IMG/VR virus record: IMGVR_UViG_3300042731_011014
Span: 1-64,000 of that record
Reading direction: 5' to 3' (one strand)
DNA length: 64,000 nt
Origin: a virus
This document shows, piece after piece, positions 58,494 to 64,000 of this stretch (positions within the stretch are counted from its first letter, which is position 1; each line of letters opens with the position of its first letter). A program made the translations under genes and the position numbers. Under the pieces are notes generated by a model. It searched no databases, was not told the origin of the DNA, and saw nothing but the letters and a program-made list of their open reading frames with translations.

Positions 58494-58770
58494 TATAATT
58501 TAACTCCTTAAACTCTCTTATCTCATCAAACTCAGTTAGCATAATCCTTATTGATAATGATCTCGGCTGTGGCTTGACATAGATATTTCCAATTTCACTA
58601 GCATATATTGCTGATAACCCTAGGCAAATATCCTTTCTTTTACTCACCATCTCCCCTATCTTCTCATTCCTGAGGTACACTACATACTTCACCCCAAACA
58701 AAAACCTTTTTATCTCGCCTAGAATATTCATCTTATCTCCTTTTAGGTACATCAATAATTTTCTCTTCAC
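58474..58770 (-). CDS. Hypothetical protein whose last codons run into the TnpB remnant
   Basis: Terminal RGSISG* is encoded within the remnant, in another frame. Confidence 0.5.
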   Translation of the reverse strand: MKRKLLMYLKGDKMNILGEIKRFLFGVKYVVYLRNEKIGEMVSKRKDICLGLSAIYASEIGNIYVKPQPRSLSIRIMLTEFDEIREFKELNYRGSISG

Positions 58771-59329
58771 CCAATCCGTGTTTTAGAAATTTAATTATTT
58801 TTTTCAGATCCTCCCACGATTCCCCTTTTTTAGAGGGATTCCTAAGCAGATAGGCAGGGTGATATGTCGGCATTACTGGAATTTCGCAGTGTGACTTATA
58901 AAACTTTCCACGTAACCTAGTTATACCAATATCAGTTTTTAGTATTGTTTTCGTGGCCGGATTACCTAACGTTACTAATAATTTTGGTTTGACAATATCT
59001 ATCTGCCTACTAAGATAATCAAAACACATCTCTATCTCATGTTCTTTTGGATCTCTATTATCTGGCGGGCGACATTTGATGGTATTTACCACGGATACAT
59101 CATCCCTTGAAAGTCCCATCGCTTTCACCATTTTTGTTAATAATTGACCAGCAGATCCAACAAAAGGCCTACCTATTGCGTCTTCACGAGCACCAGGGGC
59201 CTCGCCTATAAACATTATTTCAGAATCAAGCTTTAGCACCCCTGGTACAACTCTATTTCTAACTCTCTGCAATCCACACATTGAACAGTCGCCAATTTCT
59301 TCCTCTAATTTTTTAATCTCATCAATCAT
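58733..59329 (-). CDS. Family 4 uracil-DNA glycosylase
   Basis: CSMCGL, IGEAPG..ED..GRPFVG, NTIKCRPPDNRDP, PTYHPAYLLRNP. Confidence 0.95.
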   Translation of the reverse strand: MIDEIKKLEEEIGDCSMCGLQRVRNRVVPGVLKLDSEIMFIGEAPGAREDAIGRPFVGSAGQLLTKMVKAMGLSRDDVSVVNTIKCRPPDNRDPKEHEIEMCFDYLSRQIDIVKPKLLVTLGNPATKTILKTDIGITRLRGKFYKSHCEIPVMPTYHPAYLLRNPSKKGESWEDLKKIIKFLKHGLGEEKIIDVPKRR

Positions 59330-59630
59330 TACGCCTAGATCTCCTCAGTTTTGGCTCAACGTCTTTAATGCAATGGTTTATTCGCTGAACCAACGCCGAA
59401 ACAATTTCAAAAAATGCCGGTTAACCATTATTACTTTTAGTGCACATAATCTCACCGTCTAAAACAACTATTCTAGATAGAAAATTCTTATTATTTACTA
59501 TAAATTCAATATTATATTCACTAGAGGAAGAATCTCTTATTATATTAACAAAATCAAAACATAAACCAAACCTTTTTAAGGATAATATTACCGTGTCTTT
59601 AATTATCGTCTCAAACATTTACAAATCTAG

Positions 59631-60041
59631 CTAAAAATCACTTACATCAGCCTCTCCATTTTTTAGCTTAAATCTGACTTCTACCGGCGAATGCGGAGGT
59701 AACCATATCGGCAATTCTATTCTTCCATTTTTCTGATAAGCAATATTTACCCAGTTACCCATTACATTGATAGCCACATCACTCACACCACTATGAGGAA
59801 GAGCATGATTATAACCTTGACTTGGATCAGCCTCATAATAATAAAAAATATCTTTATTATCATCAGTATCTTTTGTTTTTTTTGAAAAAAAACCACCATC
59901 ATTAATTAATTCACACATAGATATCGTTTTTTTAGCTAACTCATTTGCTAATTGAATCTTATTAGTTGTGAATAGGGAACTGTTATCTAAAATCTCTCTA
60001 GCCAATAATTCAACTGTCTCTAGTAATATACCTGGATTCAT
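59631..60041 (-). CDS. Hypothetical protein
   Basis: 136-aa ORF with AGGAG SD. Confidence 0.6.
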   Translation of the reverse strand: MNPGILLETVELLAREILDNSSLFTTNKIQLANELAKKTISMCELINDGGFFSKKTKDTDDNKDIFYYYEADPSQGYNHALPHSGVSDVAINVMGNWVNIAYQKNGRIELPIWLPPHSPVEVRFKLKNGEADVSDF

Positions 60042-60095
60042 TTCGTCTCTCCTATGCTATAGACGATAGATTTTCGCTTAATTCATTTTAAAGTC

Positions 60096-60124
60096 ACTAT
60101 ATCTACTAACCATATCAAGATCAA
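60096..60124 (-). promoter_or_regulatory. Sigma70-like promoter
   Basis: Minus strand TTGATC, 17-nt spacer, TATAGT, downstream of the RNR stop. Confidence 0.55.
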
Positions 60125-60139
60125 GCATCTATCATAAAT

Positions 60140-63100
60140 CTAGGAGCATCCACTAGTTCCACCGCAATTATCGCACTTATAGCACGATCCAGATCTGCTC
60201 ATCAGTGCACCGCACTCTCTGCATGTTGGCGCATCAATATCAATAATATAAGCATCACTGGCTATATTTTTCTCATTATCATCATCTAGCATTAAATAGT
60301 GTTTTCCGCCTGGAAAATTACGATCAAGCCATCTAAAAATATAATCCATTATGGACTTAGCCATCCTGATTTCAGGATTATCGGTAATACCTGATGGTTC
60401 AAATATAGTAAATGAGAATTTATCAACCCATACTTTTAAGGGAACTCCATGTTGTAATCCTATTGAAATCGCCGTCGCGAAGCTATCCATTAGTCCTCTA
60501 ATTGTACTACCTTCTTTGGCAACATTAATAAAAATCTCACCAATAAAACCAGATTCATACATACCAGCAGTAATATACCCCTTGTGACCCCCAATATTAA
60601 ACCTGTGAGTAACACTGGATCTGGTATTTGGCATTTTAGCTCTGTTTACTGTTGGCGGCTTAATGATATGCTTATTGGACTCCTTTTTTTCATCCATTGA
60701 CGTGTTTAACGGTTGAGTTCTTTTGCACCCATCACGATAAACTGTAATGGATTTCAGTCCAAGACGCCAAGCTTGAATATAAGCATTTTTTATATCTTCA
60801 ACAGTAGAATCACTAGGCATATTAACAGTTTTACTAATAGCCCCCGAGAGAAATGGTTGAACAGCAGCCATCATTTTAATATGACCCATATAATCTATCA
60901 TACGACCATTCGTTGACGACCTAAGCGAACAATCAAAAACAGCAAGATGATCTTCTTTAATATAAGGAGATCCGTCAATTGTGCCTTTCTTTTCTATATA
61001 ATCTACTATTTCCTCTATCTGTACACTATTATATTTGAGACTTTCTAAGGACCCCACAACCGACTGATTAACTATCTTTACAGTTCCTCCGCCAACCATT
61101 TTTTTATACTTTACAAGCGCAAGTTCAGGCTCAATACCGGTTGTGTCACAATCCATCATAAAACCAATAGTCCCGGTCGGCGCTAATAATGTTGTCTGCG
61201 CGTTTCTACACCCATAGCCATCTTGTAACCAAGTCTTGGCCTGAGCCCATCTTTCAAAAATCCTTTTATAAAAATCATTACTAATATAATATTCACTAAT
61301 CTTAGTGCTTTCATGGGCATGTCTACCGATTATATTTTCATCCATATGTTTACAATCAAAACCCTCAAATGAACCCCTCTCCTTTGCCATCTCAATACTG
61401 GTACAATATGCCTCTGCTGTCATTAAAGACGTTACAGCAGCGGCAAAACCTCTCCCCTTTTTACTATCATAGGGTATACCCTTACTCATTAATAACGCAC
61501 CCAAATTAGCATAACCAAGGCCAAGCGTCCTGTACTTATGGCTATTCTCTTTAATTTTCTTAGTTGGATAGCCCGACTTATCTACAAGTATATCCTGCGC
61601 AATAATCATGATTCGCACAACATGCGAAAATAAATCAAAATTAAATTCTCCATTTTCGTTGAATTTTTTTAGATTAATACTGGCAAGATTGCACGCACTA
61701 TTATCCAGAAACATATACTCACCACAATTATGCACACACAGTCCATTTGCCAAACCAATGTTAGTAATCGGGCAACTAAAATCATAAACATCATCTTTTC
61801 CACAACTCTCAACTGATATAATCTTTAAGAAGTTTCTCCTCGATCCAGAATAACTATCTACAACACTATTGGCATTACATATCAATCTAAGTTTTTCTTG
61901 TTGACATCTCTGCGGAAAACCAATAAATTTCGCAAACTTTATTCTATCGATCATATCGGTAATTTCAAGATGATATGATTCTTTACTAACATATTCACCA
62001 TTTGGCCATAAAATATTAACTTCCTTATTATGACACCTAACCGAACTTGATATATCCATAGATTGTAATAGCAATTGAACATTATTAAGCATTTCCTTGC
62101 ATGTAGATACAAGCCTAATAGCCTCATTTGAATCGCAACATACATTCCCATTGGCACCAAAAAGGCCTCTTAAAAACGAACATTGTGCATTATGCGTAAG
62201 ACCAAAAAGAAAATTTGGTAAATCCCTGTCTGGTAGTGCAGACATATCCATACCAATTTCTTCTAACCAGTGAAAAAAATAACTACTAGAAAATACATAA
62301 CACCTTTTATTTAGATTATAAGACGGATCCGTTTTATTAATATCAGAAAAAATAGGCAATACTGTATTCTCGATAAATTCAGTGTCCTTTCCTTTGGTAA
62401 AATAAAGAGATACGACACGGCTACTCTTATTGTATCCACCATCCCCTTGGAGAAAACCCAAAGACTCCATTAATATTTTTGAAGCATAAGAATAGTACTT
62501 TCCAGTCTTTCCAGTTATACATTTTGGAATTTTATTCGCCAGATCACTCCCAGCATTACCCTGTAATACGCATGGAATAATAAGTCCCCTTGACTCAACC
62601 GCTGGAACAAACCCTATTTCAGTTAGTATCCTATGATCACCGGTTAACCTTATTTCATGACCTCTATTGGTTTTTATCTTAACAATATCTTTTACCCCCG
62701 TCTTCCAAACTTCACCTTTTACATATCCAAATCCATCAAATATTCCAACGGATTTTCCATCAAGATCTTCTACTTTTTTCCACCCAGAAGATGTTAATAA
62801 TCTGGTACCCCTACTAATACATGGATTACTAGAGTTAATTCTACCCTCTGATGGCACTGTATTCCAACTATTTATGGTAGTATCAAATTGGATCCCAGGA
62901 TCACCGCAAACATGTGCAGCCTCAGCAATAGCCGTAAAAACATCTCTAGCCTTAACCCTATCAATAGCTTTACCGTCAGTTACAGCTATCAAATCATAGA
63001 AGTCATCGTTTTCATATGCTCCCATAAACTCATCAGTTACCCTAACACTATTATTGGCATTCTGATAACATACCGTATTGTAAGCATCGCCATTTATAGA

Positions 63101-64000
63101 TCCATCATAACCAGCATCTATTAGAGCCCATGCCTTTTTTTCCTCTTTAACTTTACAATTAATAAAGTCCATTATATCTGGGTGATTTACGTTTAATATT
63201 GCGATCTTAGCAGCCCTGCGCGTATTAAAAACAGCAATACCTGATCCGGATTTTCTACCATCACTCCATATTACAAAATTATGACCACTATTTTCTGTTT
63301 TATCATCATTTGTCTCACAAAAAACCTCAACATCGTATGAATCGTGAATACCGATGCTTTCCACCCTCAACACTCTGTGATTATCCTCCTTAACCTCTTT
63401 TAGAAAACTTTCATACCCACCAAAATTGTTTTCTATTGACTCTAGTATTTTTTTCGCAGACGAGAAATTACCAATAATTTTTTTTCTATTTTCACAATAA
63501 AGATCAAATGTATCAATACATCCACCATTATTGATAATCCTGTAAGCTAAATTCTTCATCCTTTTTCTAACAGAAAGCTTTTGCAATTCAGATGGATTTC
63601 TTTTTTTCATACCATCCCTTTGCTTTTTTCTATACTCCTCAACCTTCTCAGAATTCTTCCAAAAAACAGAATCAGCATGCATTCCATTTAGTTTTTCAGA
63701 TCTTGAAAATTTTCTTTTCGAAAAAACATGACTCCCTTTTTCAAATAACTCTTTTCCATGAATCGAAGCATGTTCTGATTGAGGCATAATTTTTAAATTA
63801 GAAATATCGTTGTTCATCCTGTCCCCATCAATATGATGAACAATATCGCCATTTTTACACTGTAAAATATCCTCTGCGACTAACCTATGGAGGTGATTTT
63901 TCCCTTTGAGACCATCTCTTAGATTAACTCTTAAATATCCACTATTTTCTGATATCACACAAGAAAACAAGGACATGCCTTCTCTAAGGTTTCCAGCATT
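60140..64000 (-). CDS. nrdJ: Class II (B12-dependent) ribonucleotide reductase with fused TSCPD domain and at least two inteins; 5' end outside the window
   Basis: Frame is open to 64000 (NAGNLREG precede the track ATG); TRRAAK, NSSNP|CGE, ACNLAS, LGLGYANLG, LAPTGTIG, AISKTVNMP, TSCPD region, terminal CRECG..CDNCG. Confidence 0.93.
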   Translation of the reverse strand, partial: NAGNLREGMSLFSCVISENSGYLRVNLRDGLKGKNHLHRLVAEDILQCKNGDIVHHIDGDRMNNDISNLKIMPQSEHASIHGKELFEKGSHVFSKRKFSRSEKLNGMHADSVFWKNSEKVEEYRKKQRDGMKKRNPSELQKLSVRKRMKNLAYRIINNGGCIDTFDLYCENRKKIIGNFSSAKKILESIENNFGGYESFLKEVKEDNHRVLRVESIGIHDSYDVEVFCETNDDKTENSGHNFVIWSDGRKSGSGIAVFNTRRAAKIAILNVNHPDIMDFINCKVKEEKKAWALIDAGYDGSINGDAYNTVCYQNANNSVRVTDEFMGAYENDDFYDLIAVTDGKAIDRVKARDVFTAIAEAAHVCGDPGIQFDTTINSWNTVPSEGRINSSNPCISRGTRLLTSSGWKKVEDLDGKSVGIFDGFGYVKGEVWKTGVKDIVKIKTNRGHEIRLTGDHRILTEIGFVPAVESRGLIIPCVLQGNAGSDLANKIPKCITGKTGKYYSYASKILMESLGFLQGDGGYNKSSRVVSLYFTKGKDTEFIENTVLPIFSDINKTDPSYNLNKRCYVFSSSYFFHWLEEIGMDMSALPDRDLPNFLFGLTHNAQCSFLRGLFGANGNVCCDSNEAIRLVSTCKEMLNNVQLLLQSMDISSSVRCHNKEVNILWPNGEYVSKESYHLEITDMIDRIKFAKFIGFPQRCQQEKLRLICNANSVVDSYSGSRRNFLKIISVESCGKDDVYDFSCPITNIGLANGLCVHNCGEYMFLDNSACNLASINLKKFNENGEFNFDLFSHVVRIMIIAQDILVDKSGYPTKKIKENSHKYRTLGLGYANLGALLMSKGIPYDSKKGRGFAAAVTSLMTAEAYCTSIEMAKERGSFEGFDCKHMDENIIGRHAHESTKISEYYISNDFYKRIFERWAQAKTWLQDGYGCRNAQTTLLAPTGTIGFMMDCDTTGIEPELALVKYKKMVGGGTVKIVNQSVVGSLESLKYNSVQIEEIVDYIEKKGTIDGSPYIKEDHLAVFDCSLRSSTNGRMIDYMGHIKMMAAVQPFLSGAISKTVNMPSDSTVEDIKNAYIQAWRLGLKSITVYRDGCKRTQPLNTSMDEKKESNKHIIKPPTVNRAKMPNTRSSVTHRFNIGGHKGYITAGMYESGFIGEIFINVAKEGSTIRGLMDSFATAISIGLQHGVPLKVWVDKFSFTIFEPSGITDNPEIRMAKSIMDYIFRWLDRNFPGGKHYLMLDDDNEKNIASDAYIIDIDAPTCRECGALMSRSGSCYKCDNCGGTSGCS
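61727..62821 (-). mobile_element. Intein (365 aa) with LAGLIDADG endonuclease at the catalytic NP|C of RNR
   Basis: P|CISRGT ... LCVHN|C; internal LGFLQGDG and FLRGLFGANG. Confidence 0.92.
63224..64000 (-). mobile_element. Intein (partial) carrying an HNH endonuclease in RNR
   Basis: HLHRLVA...VHHIDGDRMNNDISNL (HNH); C-terminal block SYDVEV...HNFVI...IAVFN|T. Confidence 0.85.

Noticed and set aside
5385-63789. The many + strand ORFs in the track (e.g. 5385..5897, 16362..16820, 29179..29835, 40549..40995, 55590..55982)
   Set aside because: They overlap well-supported minus-strand genes, lack SDs and have S/F/L/I-rich antisense composition; only 49837..50022 and 50089..50289 are accepted.
1-64000. 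Stop-codon reassignment (alternative genetic code)
   Set aside because: Long conserved genes are uninterrupted in code 11, and TAA, TAG and TGA all end genes at expected positions.

Overview
This is a gene-dense, AT-rich segment of a large dsDNA bacteriophage genome, read in the standard genetic code. Almost all real genes lie on the minus strand, and most + strand ORFs in the track are antisense shadows. No structural (capsid or tail) genes are recognisable in the window. It holds: (i) a replication/recombination module (initiator, DnaC-like loader, DnaB, primase, gp32-like and bacterial-type SSBs, beta clamp, RecA, SF2 helicase, RuvC-like, Hjc-like and Cas4-like nucleases, RNase H, UDG); (ii) nucleotide metabolism genes (class II RNR, ThyA, DHFR, PurC, PyrF, MazG-like, decayed dUTPase); (iii) candidate DNA-modification genes (QueC, ParB-like + glycosyltransferase-like + N4/N6 MTase, AdoMet-decarboxylase-like, and an apparently imported type IIG-like MTase); (iv) six inteins in four genes; (v) an intact IS607 (TnpA+TnpB) and a separate TnpB 3' remnant in front of a UvrD helicase; (vi) candidate host-manipulation genes (type IV pilin-like, STAS, amidase). 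The most notable unannotated signals are a ~200-nt highly structured RNA with a perfect tRNA T-arm (38401-38610, minus), a four-copy non-canonical promoter motif, and an ACATGT-palindrome cluster at the strand switch. All protein assignments come from motif recognition by eye; no database searches were run.
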